A stretch of 64,000 bases of DNA from the human T2T-CHM13v2.0 reference genome, Homo sapiens (GCF_009914755.1 NC_060946.1), one strand, 5' to 3'; positions 23,480 to 39,578 are shown, counted from the stretch's first letter. Made by a program: numbers and translations. Notes: a model not told the origin generated them from the sequence alone.

Positions 23480-24130
23480 AAGCCCATAAACAAAAATAAA
23501 AGATGCATGGAAAAATATTTGCAAATCATCACAGACAAGGAACCAACCTCCTTCACATATACAAGGAACCTATAAACTGATAAGAAAAACAGGCAAAGGA
23601 AAAAAACAGTGTTTGCAGGAAAGGCTGTGTAAATGATCTTCAGCTTTTGAAAACACGCTCAAACTCACTCTGTAACAGAAAAGCAAACTTAACAATTGCC
23701 CCAAGACAGGCTTCTTACCTGACAGGAAGAATCCTGCAGCCTGGTGAGACTGTGGGGAAATGGACCTTCTTGGGAATGTAGTGCCAGCCCAGGCTGGCAT
23801 GGCCTGAGGTGGGAAGCTTGGCAAATCTACCCAGACTGTACGTGCATCAGTTCCAACCTAGCCATCCCACTTCTGGGGATGTGTCCTACAGATATAGGTA
23901 CACTTGACTCTGAGCAATTAATGCTGCACAAAGTAGGTAGAGATGCATTGTTTTTAGCACCGAAAGACTGAAAAGATCTTCATGCTCACCCACAAGGGAC
24001 TGCATGATGAATGCAATGTCCGCAGCCCCAAGAAAGGATGGGTGCTCCTATGTGCTGACGTAGAATTATCCACCATGTGCATGGTTAATCAAACATAGCT
24101 GGTGGAGAACAGCACGTGGGAAAAGTGGGG
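23480..24130 (+). mobile_element. Degraded ancient L1 fragment(s)
   Basis: A-rich; L1 ORF2/3' end-like phrases (aaaatatttgcaaatcat, gccatcccacttctgggg). Confidence 0.5.
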
Positions 24131-24678
24131 TTTGAGGGATAAACAGTCATTCCATGATATCTGAATGCTCGCAATCCAACCTCAGGAGACACATGGATGA
24201 GACAGTCTTCTGAGAAGAGGTCTGAGTGGGACTGTCATCCTCATGTCCAGGTGATGACCTGAGTGCCAGGGTCCCAGGCAGCCTCTAGTCAGTACAGCCC
24301 CAAGCCAGGTTCCCTCCAGCCTCGGGGCAGCATCACCTCCCTGAGGCCTTCCTCACCCACAGCCTGTGGCCTCCTTGTCCGTGTGTATGATGGGCTCTGG
24401 TCTGCACTGGGCTGCACTGACTGCACTGGGATGCCTGTCAGTGCAGAGGGCTCTGCTCTCCCCCGGAGCTCTGGGCTCCATATAGCTGTGACCCACAGAG
24501 CTCTCAGGAAGGGCTCACGTGGGACCCCCGGCCACTCAAATCAGGCAGGGAGCCCTCCCTCTTGAAAGGTGCCAGGATTACTACTACCTGAAGTTCCCAG
24601 GCTGGGTGGGGTTCCCCTATGGGCCCAGCATGATGGAGGCCAGGAATATCCTGGGCCTGGGCGCAGGGATCCCCTTAC

Positions 24679-24822
24679 CTGCCGTTCTGGTCTGTGTGGC
24701 TCCATCAGCTTCACCACCTGTCCCTGCTGTACCAAAATGACCTGGGAATCCCCGAGCCAGGCGACGTGCAGGGTCGCTCCTGCAATGAGCGCACACACAC
24801 CTGTGGTGCCGCTCTGCAGCCG
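24679..24822 (-). CDS. PPM1F: PPM1F exon 6 (144 nt), SGTT and WLGDS motifs
   Basis: cag|CGG acceptor, CAG|GTAAG donor; PP2C motifs. Confidence 0.98.
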
Positions 24823-25032
24823 CTGCAGGGAGAGAGGGCCCATGAGAGTTGAGAGGAGGTAGGGAAGGGCAGAGGATGACACGGGGCAGGATGAAGCTTC
24901 CGGGGGTGATGAATACTTCCGTTACTGTGGTGAGGAATCCACAGGTGTATATGTGTATAAGCCAAAACTTGCCAAATTGTGGACTTCAAATATGCACCAC
25001 TTACTACCTGTCAATTGTATCTCAATAAAGAT

Positions 25033-25783
<751 letters not shown>

Positions 25784-26921
25784 TCAATAAAGCAGTTACG
25801 CCTGCTTCAGAGAATCCCTTTTCTACTCTGAGGCTGCCTTGAGCTCAGAGGCCTTTGTCACTTCCTGGGGCTGAGGTGAGAGGCCAGGAGTGGAGGCTTG
25901 CCTGCTTTTCACTGGGGTCCTTGCAGCTGCAGAGATTGCATGGTTTTCTGTTGAGATGCAAAGCCTGGCTCTGCTAATTTCCATGAAGGTCTGTGCTCAG
26001 AGCGTGTGACAAAAGTGCACCTTTCCCCTGGTGTCTTCTCACTGGGGCGGGTCTTTTAAGCAACCTGAGCCTCAGTTTCCCAATGTCTAAAATGGGTACA
26101 ATATTAGTATTCACCTCACAGGGCTACAAGGAGGACCTAGTGAAATTCTGTGGGTGAGGTTCAGAGTGGCTAAGTTCACAGAGGAGGGGCCTGATGCATT
26201 TGTATTCTTTCTTCTTTCAGAAACAAATGCCTCATCCCTGCACATGGCTATAACTCCCGAGGAAGGATTGTTCCCAGAGGACGTCGGTAGCCTGCTGAGA
26301 CCCTGCCTAGAGGAGGAAGGGGAGGAAGGCAGTAGATTAATCAGGTTTTACATATTCCGCCTTTTATGATGCTTTGACAACTTGGGGCCTTGCTGGTCCT
26401 GGAGGGGCTGCCCCTTCCCAGGCCAGCTGATTCCTCGAGACAGCAAATACCTGGGGAGGATGCAGAGACGGCTCTGGCCCAGCTTCCCTCTCTTCTCTCT
26501 GCGCCCCGACTACCTCAGTGCTTTCCATGCATGGCTCTGTGAGGCGTGGCCCCTCCTCTCAGGAACTGTGAGCAGTAGACTCTTTGTTAAGGTCCTGGTC
26601 TGTGTCTGTCACCTTGCCATATCTCATTAAAACAAAATCCCAGGAACGCTTGACCACAGCTGCCTTCCCCGAGGCCAGCAGACCCTCTGCGCCAGGCAGG
26701 TCTGTGTGGCTGAGAGGCCCACCATGCTGGGTCGGGGCAGGCTTTGTGCTGCTTCCGTTCAAGTGAAAACCAAGCCCCTTTAGAAAAAATGGCAGGACCA
26801 CCGGCAGTGTTTAGTGAGGACCTTCCAGCACCACCAGCCCCTTTGGCGTTTTTCCCGCTGCAGAGGCTGGGACTCTCACTGGCCTCCAAACTGCACCTGA
26901 GGCCCAGCGGCCAGTCCTCAC

Positions 26922-27110
26922 CTCTCGCTTGGCTTTCCTGAGAAACATCTGGTCGGTGCGCCGGAAGGCTTCTCTGAGGGCTCCCTCAGGGTCTGTGGGC
27001 AGCTCTGGCTGGCGGGCAGCATTGGTGTGCACGTGGACAGCGGCGTACCTCGCAGCATCCACGCCTCCGTGACCATCAAACACAGCAAAGTAGGCGCGGT
27101 TCACAGGGTC
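26922..27110 (-). CDS. PPM1F: PPM1F exon 5 (189 nt), FAVFDGHGG metal-binding motif
   Basis: Canonical splice sites; DGHGG PP2C signature. Confidence 0.98.
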
Positions 27111-27554
27111 CTGGTGGGGATGCGGTGGGAGTCACAGACCCGCGGGACCCAGGGTGCTCCCAGTGGGGCATGGCGCCAGGCACTGATGGGGTAGAGTCTG
27201 GGAGAATCAGTATGGCCTTCGCCCGGCTTATGTGCGTATGAGGGGGTAGGTTTGGAAAAGGACAGCTCGCGGGAGCCTCGGTTTCACCATCTGTTATGAG
27301 TTGCTACAAGCATAAAATGAGGGGCTGCCCCAGGTGGCTCCTGGTGCAGGAGTCAGGGGAACGTGGCATCCAGGCCTCCCTCATAACAGACTCACACTGT
27401 TGCCCTTCTTAGTCTCTTGCTGGGCAAGTACAGGGGCTGACGGGTGTCTCTCCTGTCTCAGCCTTGGCGGGCAGCTCTTCTCGGTACCTGGGGGGCCCCC
27501 ACCCTCGCCCCGGTCCTCCGAAGCTGTCCCCAGGGTCTGGACGGGAGCACTCAC

Positions 27555-27757
27555 AGACAAGCCGAAGAGCTGGTTGAAGGAAGGGAGGGACACGTGCCGG
27601 TCCTCCATCTTGCGGCGAGTGTTCCGGATGGCGTGGATGGAGACCAGCCACTGCCGCTGTGAGGCCCGGGCAGCCAATGGCACCTGCTTCTGCCACTGGC
27701 CGGCGACTTCCCAAAGGCAGTTAAAGAAACTCTGTGCCAGGCTTTGGGCATCCAGCA
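27555..27757 (-). CDS. PPM1F: PPM1F exon 4 (203 nt), start of PP2C domain with RRKMED motif
   Basis: cag|TG acceptor, TCT|GTGAG donor; RxxMED PP2C motif 1. Confidence 0.97.
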
Positions 27758-27929
27758 CTGATGGGCACAATGGAGGGATTGTCAGGGAAGTGCCAACCAA
27801 GCCAGCTGAGGCCTCGCTGGCTCCCTGACAGCTCCCACAGGGGCCTGCAAAGCCCCCATCACCTCCCGGGGCATTGTGAGCACATCAACTCAATAACGCG
27901 CACATGGCAGCCTGTTACCAGAATTAGAA

Positions 27930-29715
<1,786 letters not shown>

Positions 29716-29974
29716 AAAAAATGGATTTTAATAGAGTTTATAAGCATGTAAAATGCTTCTGTCATGATACTAAGTGAAAAAAGAAGGAAAATTACATATG
29801 CAGTTTAACTACAAGTCCATGAAAAACCAACAGGGCCAGAAAAAAAAAAAGGCGGGAACAGCACACAACCAAGGTGTCAGAGTGGGCCTGCACGTGGCAG
29901 TTCCACGGACAGCTTTTTCCTGAAGTACACTTTCTTAATACTTCCCCAGTTTTTCATTACAAGTGTTAGTCTCG

Positions 29975-30460
29975 TGTGACAGTGGCTTTAAAGCATGTCC
30001 ACAAATTCTTTGACTTCCCCTTTTGCGAGGTGGAGCTCACTTCCCACTGCTGAGTGTGGGAGCTGGCTGCTTCTGATGAAGAGTGGCAGTGACTGTGTGT
30101 GCTTCAGGTGTTACGAAACAAAGAGGCCCTGCGCCTCCCGCCTTGTGTATTCTCACTCTCTTCCTCCCTCCCTCTCATCACTCAATCTGAGCTGTGAGGA
30201 TGCTCAAGCAGCGCCACGGAGAGTCCACATGGGACGGGACCAGGGCCTCCTGTCAGTGGCCGTGTGTTGAAACCACCGTGGAAGCAGGCCCTCCAGCCCA
30301 GCCAGCAACCATGTCACCACAACCCAGTAAGAGACCCTGGACCAGAACCAGCTAAGCTGCTCCCAGATTCCAGACCCACAGAAACTGGGAGAATAAATGT
30401 CTGTTGTTTTAAGCCACTACATTTGGGGCAATTTGTTATGTAGCAACAAATAATATAAGC
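29975..30460 (+). mobile_element. MaLR LTR (MLT1-like)
   Basis: Typical 3' end aataaatgtctgttgttttaagccact...ttgttatgtagcaa. Confidence 0.65.
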
Positions 30461-31199
30461 CACAATACTCATTTGAAAAGAAAAAATACCCAAATCCTAC
30501 CTAAGCTTGGCTTCTCAAGAAAAGATCAACCAGTAACAGGCCCAAAGGAAACCATGGGGGCTCTGGCTTCAGGGACTCATGTCACTTCAATGCACAAACT
30601 CTCCTGGAACTCCTGCCAGCCCAGGTGCATGCGGCAAGCATGGTGAATCAGGGCCAGTCAGCCGAGGGCAGGAGTTGAGTGTCACAGGCCACACCCAAAG
30701 GACATGGGGAACTGAGAGGAGGAAAGAGCTCCTGCCTAAAGGCGGAGGCTGTGGAAGAAAAGGAGAAGGGCTGAGGCCAGAGGGGGCCACCGAGGAAGAA
30801 CCATGAACGCGAGGGCTTATGCACGCAGGAGGTCACAGAAAGACAGGTTCTTGGGAATCCATGCATCAAGGCAGGGGTGGGGGCATCCAGAGCCAGCTGC
30901 TGCCGCCATGGCCAACACAGGGGCCTATTCAAGCATTTGGCAAGAACTGGGGACTGGCAAGGCTATGGGTGAAGGAGGGGCCTGAGAACTCATTCAGGCA
31001 GGCCCAGCTCAGGGAAGGCAGCTCCACACAAGTTTGGCCAGTGGATCCCCTGCAAACCAGCAGGAAACCCCCCTCGTCCTGCCAGTCCTTGTAGCGCTGC
31101 CTCCTCTTCCTCTCGTCTGAGGGCCACTGTGCCCAGAAAACTGCCCCTAAATGCCATGGACTCCTCCTCACTCCCTCTGGAAACTGTGGGCTCCTGGTG

Positions 31200-32090
31200 C
31201 TTACCAGGCCTGAGCTCGGGCTGGGGGAGACTCCGGCCGCCGCTGTGGCTCACGGTCTCGCCCCGGGTGCTACTGCTATTTCCAACAGCCGCTTAGCCTA
31301 GACTCTGCTCAGGAAAGGCCAGCGGCTGAGGCAGTGCTGCCCAGCCCACGGACTCCCCATGCCAAGGGCTGCAGCCCCGCAACCTCGCTTCTGGATTCTT
31401 CGCTGATCCAGTCACCGGGGAGGGGCTGACTGGCAGCCACACAGAGGTTTCAGCCACTCGCTGCTCTTCAGTGGCAATTCTTATAATACAATCCCCACTC
31501 TGACGCAATTTTGTAAGAATGGCTTGGAGTCCAAAAACTTGACTACATTCTACTTCCGTGACAGGGAGAGCATGATCAAGGCCGCTAGGCAGGCCTGCAT
31601 GCGAGGCACTCTGACAGACGGGGAAGCAAGGGCAGGCGAGACTTCCTTCTAGCTGCGCCCTCCCTCCTTCCCAGGCCTGCAGGAGCCCCGAGCGTAGGAC
31701 TGGGCTGGTGCCGGCGCAGCAACGCTCCTTCTCACCGGCAGGTGGCGCTGTCTCCCGCGTGGACGGACAGAGACCCATCAGGCGGGGAGGGCCTGGGCGG
31801 TGGCGGCGCCCCCTTGGTGGGGCCGCAGAGCGGAGGAGCAGCAGCTGCCACCGGCCGGAAGCCTGCTGGCTCGGCCGAGAACAATGGCCGCCTGTCACTG
31901 TGGACAGCTGTCTCCCAGGCTAAGGCAAGGCTGCGCTCCCAGGGAATGCGGGCAGGGAGCCAGGGCGGAGGGCAGAGGACGAGAGCGAGGAGGAGAGCGC
32001 GGGCACCCACTGATGCTGGCGGCCTCGGGTATTCGCTTTCTCTCTCTTCTCCCACCTTGTTCCTTTTCCCCGGATGCACGCATGCACTAG
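31200..32090. promoter_or_regulatory. Intragenic CpG-rich element in PPM1F intron 3; probable bidirectional promoter
   Basis: CpG cluster 31690-32040; TGACGCAAT (31501-31509), ACTTCCG (~31552), CTCF motif; strong minus-strand donor CTG|GTAAGC at 31205. Confidence 0.65.
31732..31750 (+). promoter_or_regulatory. CTCF motif TCACCGGCAGGTGGCGCTG
   Basis: Core CCGGCAGGTGGCGC fits the consensus. Confidence 0.65.
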
Positions 32091-32400
32091 TAATGCCGAA
32101 TTTAGAACAACAGGGAAAGGAAAGGAAATGGCAAAGGAAGGGAAAGGAAATGGCAGACAGGAAATGGCAAGGAAGGGAAAATCCACTGCAACTCTGCTGC
32201 CTGCTGGCCTGTCCAGGGACAACTATTCAGCTGGGTGGGACGTTGCTACCCCCTTGTGGCACCCCTGCTGCAGCCTGCGATTCTTACGCCCTGTATTTCT
32301 GGTCTAACATCAACCAACACTTTGGCGAAATATAATAAAATGAAATTACTAGGAGAATGAAAGAAAGTCACATGAAATAAAAGCCCTGCTTTTTAATGAT
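31800..32400 (+). ncRNA. Probable 5' region of an antisense lncRNA (I recall PPM1F-AS1 starting near here); extent not determinable
   Basis: CpG island plus plus-strand AATAAA at 32334-32339 and 32376-32381; identity from recall only. Confidence 0.35.
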
Positions 32401-33063
32401 TATATCCTCTGTGAAATGGATCTGCAGCCCTCTCCATTTCTGGGTTCCCCTGGCCACACCATGCTTATGGCTGTCCCAGGAGCAGGCTGACAGACAAGCT
32501 TCCACCAGCATCTAACCATGGGGCTCATGGACACCGTAGAGCGTCTCCACCCAACAGAATCCTGACTTGGGGGCAGCTGAGGCAGGGGGCCCGAGCGTTG
32601 AGGGGACCACGCTGCTGCCCCGAGACCTGCTGGCATGCCACCTGGCCAACCCTGACTTCGCCTGCCCGGGCGCATGTTAACTGAGTTACAACACTGAGGG
32701 CACTTGAACCTGGCTGCATGACCAGAGATCGATCACCTGTGAGATCCTCTGTGAAACGGGATAAGCATCTTTAATTTCCTGGGCTGTTCTGGAACTTCAG
32801 TCAGACAGGACACAGGAGGGTGTCTGCACCACCCACCCCTGCCTCGTGGGCTGACTGGGAACTATATGACCTGTGGAGGGCTGTGACCGCCACCCTCCAC
32901 CTCACTGGGGCCGCAAGCCTTCTCTGCTCCTTGATTCTGCTGCCGTTGTGAGCGAGGGCCCCAGCACCCTTAGGGACCCCAATCAATGGGCTTCCCACAA
33001 TGTCGTCACCCTTTGTTGCCTGCTAAGCAGCCCTGGGGCCACCTCAGAAGAAACAGAACTCAC

Positions 33064-33212
33064 AGGTCACAGGGGCCTTTTCCTCCTCGTCATCGTCCTC
33101 CTCCTCTTCTTCTTCCTCCCTGGGCAACTTCCTGAATTCGGAAAGGTCTGTCTGTAGCAGCTGTGAAACTGCTTCGTGGGCCAGAGCAGCAGCAAGTGGT
33201 GGCGGGGCCTTC
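33064..33212 (-). CDS. PPM1F: PPM1F exon 3 (149 nt), includes acidic EEEEEEEDDDEEE cluster
   Basis: ccctag| acceptor, T|GTGAG donor, phases fit the neighbouring exons. Confidence 0.97.
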
Positions 33213-33542
33213 CTAGGGATGAGGAGGGGGAAGTGAGGGGCAGCCCCCAGCAGGAGACCACACCTAGCCCCCCTTCCCCAACTGTCAGCCCACATGCTGA
33301 GGGGTCACGGCCAGCAGGGCGGCCCCTGTCCTCAGGGAGCTGGGACAGGAAGGTCACAGGACAGCAAAGGCAGACGCACAACCATCTGGTGGGGAGCTGG
33401 ACCATACTTGAGCCTGCGGCTAGTTGGGAGGGGGCTGTTGATGGGCAAGTAAACTGCCTGACATCCATGCTGATGATGGCTCCTGGCCACAGGAGGGCAG
33501 AGGAATCACCCATGCCAGCTGGGGACCCTGGGGGGTGGGGAG

Positions 33543-34265
<723 letters not shown>

Positions 34266-34426
34266 TGGGGTGTGGGACCCATGGGCACACTCAGCAGAGG
34301 AAGTGGCTGTGCGTGGTCCACAAGGTCCCTGGGCGGATGGGGCCATAGGAGCTGCCGGGGTGAGGGGCTGTGGGAACAGGGCAGGCCAAGCTTTATGCTA
34401 ACAGGGAAGCACTGCCATTGGTCTGT

Positions 34427-34744
34427 GTTTTATTTATTTATTTTTAGAGACAGGGTCTTGCTCTGTCTCCCAGGCTGGAGCACAGCTGTGCAATCATGGC
34501 TCGCTGCAGCCTCAAACCCCTGGGCTCAAGAGATCCTCTCACCTCAGACTCCAGAGTAGTTAGGGCTACAGGCAGTAGTTAGGGCTACAGACATCACCAT
34601 GTCCAGCTAATCTGTAAATTTTTTTGTACAGGTGGGGTTTTGCTATGTTGTCCAGGCTGGTCTTGAACTCCTGCCCTCAAGTGATCCTCCCATCTCAGCC
34701 TCCCAAAGCCCTGGGATAATGGCGTGAGCCGCCACACCTGGCCG
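34427..34744 (-). mobile_element. AluJ-like with internal 19-bp-period tandem duplication (agtagttagggctacag x2)
   Basis: Seen directly. Confidence 0.8.
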
Positions 34745-37700
34745 CCTTTGGTCTGTTTGAAGAGGGACATGGCATGATCAGATGGGGCTTTTAGGCCTCT
34801 CTGACCCTGGTGTGGAGGGTGGGCTGGCAAGAAGGGGACGACTGTCTAAAGGAGAGAGTCTAAGACCTGGGCTGGGCAGGGCCATGGTGACAAACAGGAG
34901 CAGACAGAGTCGGGCAGTATAAATGGAGGGGCAGGGACAGTGTTGAAGTTTCTATTCTGAGCAACTAGAAGGCTCGTGGTACAGTTAATTACCCTGATGG
35001 GGATGGAAGAGTCAGGCAGGGGATGGGCAATGGGCTCTGTTTCCACAGCGACTTGTGTTCCACGGAGGTCAAGAGGCCTGAGGGCCTGCAAGAACATGGT
35101 CTGGGCAGGAGATGGAGCTGCGGAATGAATGAGGATAGGGGGCTGAGTCCCACAGGGCCAGAGCATGGCTAGCAAAGTGGGGATGACTCCAGGAGTGGCC
35201 TTCTGGGTGCCACGAAGGAAATGTTTTAAGAAGTGAGATTGGGTCACTGCTTTCAATGTCATAGAACAGAGCTGAGCAGTTGAGGAGGCGTAGTGGGTAG
35301 AAAGGGAGGTCGCAGCAGGCTGAAAGCAAACCGACAGGAGGGTTAGCGTCTTTTAGCAGGTAGGCAGGGCAGAAGAGAGCCACGGGGCAGATCAGGGAAA
35401 GAAACACTGAAGCCATCTGTGGCTGAGAAGGAGGGCAGTGGGGAGGAGTGTCTAAAATTCTGAGCCATCCCTGGCTTTTCTGGGCAGAAGGGGTCGCTCC
35501 CTCAGTGGCCCTATGGCCTCTAACATGCATTTTGACCCCTGGAATCTGCCTTCTCACCCAGTGGGGGCCCTGGAAGCTGGACAACACACATTCACCCCTG
35601 TGTGCCTGTCCCTGAGAGTGGGGGTCAGGGGAGCATGCCTGGGGTGGCGAGGTGATTCTGCACTGGGCCGACACTCCCGGCTTTAACTGGAAGGCGAGGA
35701 CCTTCCAACAGCACAGGCTGACAGGTCTTGTTCCATGGGGGCTGGGCACCCAAGGTATCTACTGATGGTCTGAGGAATCTACCGGGATGGATTCCTGATT
35801 TTTTTTTTTTTTTTTTCTGAGACGGAGTTTCGCTCTAGTTGCCCAGGCTGGAGTGCAATGGCGTGATCTCAGCTCACCACAACCTCCACCTCTCGGGTTC
35901 AAGTGATTCTCCTGCCTCAGCCTCCTGAGTAGCTGGGATTACAGGCATGAGCCACCATGCTCAGCAGATTCGTGATTTTTAAAATGAAAGGGTGACTCAT
36001 GGGAGAAGCCTCTGGAACTGCCTTTGAAAAACAACCAGCCAAGACATGAGAAATTAGTTCCTCTGCCATTTGGGGGTTTCCTGCCAACTGCTGGGTTTTC
36101 CTTTTGCACAGCAGGGAGGAAGGACGCCTGTTTCCCTTGGTCCCGGTGAGGCCAGGCCTCAGCTTCCTGCCCACCCGCCACTGCTGCTGGGGCAGGGAGG
36201 CAGTTTCCGGCTGTGGGGACCCAGACAATGCCTGGCCAAGGGCCACCATCGTCCTCTTCCTGGACACAGCTCCCGCCTCATCCCAGGGTCTGGCCTGGGA
36301 CACGCCCTAGAGGCCCTCAGCCCTGAGTCACTGCACCATGCAGATCCACCCTGATTCTGGTCCCTGCAGAGCAGGCTCCTACACAAGGCAAGAAGATGCT
36401 CCAGGGACAAGCCAAGGTGTATGCAAGGCCCAGGTGCCTGAGAAACACGTCTCACCGACCTTGGGGCAGGGGCTGTTACAAGAGGCTTATAGTCTAGTGG
36501 CAGAGACAAAAACCACACTCAAATCATTAGTGTACGGTATGCACTGCTCAGGGACTCAAATATGTGACAGGAGGCTCCAAACAAGAGCGGAGACAAGGCG
36601 TAAATAGCCCCCTGTGGACTGGATGTTCTGACTCCTGGATGGCCTCCAGAAGGATGCCTTTTACGGTCTGTGAAAGAGCTCAGGGACCAAGATGCTCAAA
36701 GCCCTTCATGCCCAAGAGCCCCTCCTCAGGCTGGGACACGGGAAGCAGAGCTCGGAGGTGGAACTCGTGACTGTGTATGGGCACATGTGAGTGCGTGTGT
36801 GTGGACAGCCAGGCTTAGTGTAGACAACGTGTGAGGCTCAGACCCCAAGTGCTGACTACACCTATGCACATCCACACCTGCGTGTGAAAGAAGATGCTAG
36901 AAAAGAACAAAAATAACTTAAAAAATAAATCCAATAAGATGGCTGGAACATATAACAACTTCAAATACTCCATTTTAGTTCACCATGTAAGGTGGGTTCC
37001 TGGGGGCTGAGGAGACTCGGGAGCTCTGCACCCCTCCTGCTCGCACCCATCACTAGGTGGCTCACACAGCAGCCGCTCAACAAGTCTGGCTGCTCTCGCA
37101 TCAAAACCAAAACCCACTGTCCTCCCCTGCGCCCCCAGCACTGACCCCAACACTTTGGTTCGGGGCCCTCCTGGGCAGGTCACCTGCACTGCCTACTCAC
37201 TCCTCAGCCCTCCAGGCCCTCCCACCTTGGATCCTTCCCTGGGACCCTGCTCTGCGCCCTTCTTCCCCTGCCCAGGAACTGAAGGCTGATGTTGTCACCC
37301 CGGTGCTGCGGCCTGTCCGTCTTCAGCACCTGTGCCCCACGCAGGCCCAGCAAACCCCTGGGCTCTGTTGTTCCCCGGGATGGCTTTTCCATCTGATCCC
37401 CAGCTTGGGGCTGGCACCGCTTGGCTTTGCCCGGTCACCTCATGCTTGGGCCAAAGTGCACCAACCCTTCTGTCCCGGGCCTGGCTTTTTGCCTCAAGGC
37501 AGCAAGGGCCCCATGCCACCTCCACGAAGACCCAGTGGCTGCAGAACTCCCTGGTCTGGACTCCCCTGCTCCCTGCAGAGTGCCACCTGCTCCTCTCAAG
37601 AAGGCAGAACGTGAGGCCTTTCCTCACCTCCCGTGCATGGCACCCCTGCTGGGCCCACTCTGCTCCACCACTGGGGGCTGATTCACTTTGTGCCACATAT

Positions 37701-38621
37701 CTAAAATATTTCCTCAAAACAAGCCAATAACACCCTTTGCGCATGCCATGACCTCATGGAGCGTGGTCACCGGACATTTCCTCCTGAGCTCTAGGCAGCT
37801 GTGGGGGATGCTGGGTGGCATGGCCCTTGCATGTGGCTGACACTTAGCAATGTTTGTGCCCATGTTGCACAGGGAGAGCACAAGTCACTGACTCTGCTAG
37901 GGCCTGGGGCCAAGGAAAATAGGCCCTTGGTGGGTGTCAGGAACAGAGTTGATTCGCTGCAAGGGGCAAAGGAAGTGCACACTTGGGGGATACTGAGGCA
38001 GCCACCGAGGATGGTGGCTCTGTCAGAGGGAGCTATGGCTGAGGGCCTGTCATGGCTTCAGGTGATATTTCAGGTGATTTGGGTGATGCTGGGACTGGGG
38101 ACCATGCGCACATCCCCTCAGCAAGGGACTAGGTTCACAGAAACAGCACGCGGCCCACCAGCCTGCTCACCTCCATGAGCTGTCCCCTGTGCCAGACAGA
38201 CAGCCTAACTCCAAGACCCTGTCTGAGCAGAGAGGGTTCGAGAAAAGACCTTGTCCTTCACCATCTTTCATGGGACAAATGCTTCCAGAATGAATGAATA
38301 AATGAAGGGGAGGGCAAGGGTCTTCCAAGGAAAGGACCTCTGAGTTCAGCCTAGGCGACAGCTACACACTGTCTGCCGGTGGACACCCAACTCTCTATCT
38401 TCCCCGAAATCTGCTCGGCTAGTTGTGCTACCTCTCTGTGCCTCAGCTTCCTCACCTGTGGAAGGGGGACAGTGCCAGCTATCTCTCAGATCGTGGTGGC
38501 TGGGGTGCCATGTGGCTCTGCCACTCCTTGACTGTAAGGCCTCAGGCCAGCCTCTTCATCTACCCACCTCTGCCTCCTCGTCCATCACACGGATCGGAAA
38601 CAGGACGTACTGCTTATCAGC

Positions 38622-39235
38622 TGCTATGCAATAAATTGTGTTCCCTAAAAGGTATGTTGAAGCCCCAGCCCCCTGTGGCTCAGAATATGATCTTATTTGG
38701 AGTTAAAGTCTTTGCAAATGTAATTAGTTATGTTCACATGAGGTCACATTGGCTGGAGTGGCTCATGCCTGTAATCCCACCATTTAGGGAGGCAAAAACA
38801 TGAGGATCCATGGAGCCCAGAAATTCGAGACCAGCCTGGGCAGCATAGCGAGACCCCATTCTCCACAAAAAGAAAGATGAGATCACACTGTAGGAGGGCA
38901 GCCCCTGGTCCAAAATGCCCATGTCCTTACAAGAGGAGGAGTCACAGACACACAGCAGGCAGGGTGGGGAGGTGTGAAGGCACAGACACACACATGGGGA
39001 GATGCCGTGTGCAACAAGGCCAGCTAGGAGGAATGAGTCTACAAGCCAAGGACCTCCAGGAAGTCAAGGCCAGGCACTAACAGAAAGGCAGACTCTTCCC
39101 TGCAGCCTTTGAGAGAGCATGGCGCAGCTGCCACCTTGATCTTGGACTCTGGCCTCCAGCCCTGTGAAAGAATGAGCTTTGGCTGTGTTGAGTGCCCAGT
39201 GTGTGGTGCTTTGCCATAGCAGCCACGGGAGTTCC
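38622..39235 (+). mobile_element. MaLR LTR (MLT1B/C-like) containing an Alu monomer ~38750-38876
   Basis: MLT1-type start and end motifs. Confidence 0.65.
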
Positions 39236-39372
39236 ACATGGTGCTGCATAGGGATCCGGGGCTGCAGATCCCCGTGTGGGGCTGGACGTGTAGGGGAGCA
39301 GCAGCCACATCCCTTGTCGGCCCTGGTGCCGTGCCCTTACTCCCCGTCCCCTTTGGGGGTGCACAGGCCTAC

Positions 39373-39578
39373 CTGCTGCCCAGAAAGCCCATGGCCAGCT
39401 CAGCCAGCTCGCCCTCCACCTCCTCCTGGCTGAGCACCGTCCCTGGGGCCTTCCATGGCAGAGGGTCCTCTGGGTTCAGCAGGGCTGGGAAGTCTTGCAG
39501 GAGCGTGTCCAGGAAGCCTGGGGTCTCCTCAGCTCCACTGGCCATTGGGCTGCTCTTCTGTGGGGCTCCAGAGGACAT
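39373..39578 (-). CDS. PPM1F: PPM1F coding part of exon 2 (ATG at 39578; whole exon 39373-39638), MSSGAPQKSS...GFLGSR
   Basis: AG acceptor 39639-39640, donor AG|GTAGG; 206 coding nt; peptide matches PPM1F N-terminus. Confidence 0.97.

Noticed and set aside
31742-32335. 197-aa plus-strand ORF over the internal CpG island
   Set aside because: GTG start, Gly/Ala/Arg-rich as expected from GC content, no recognisable domain
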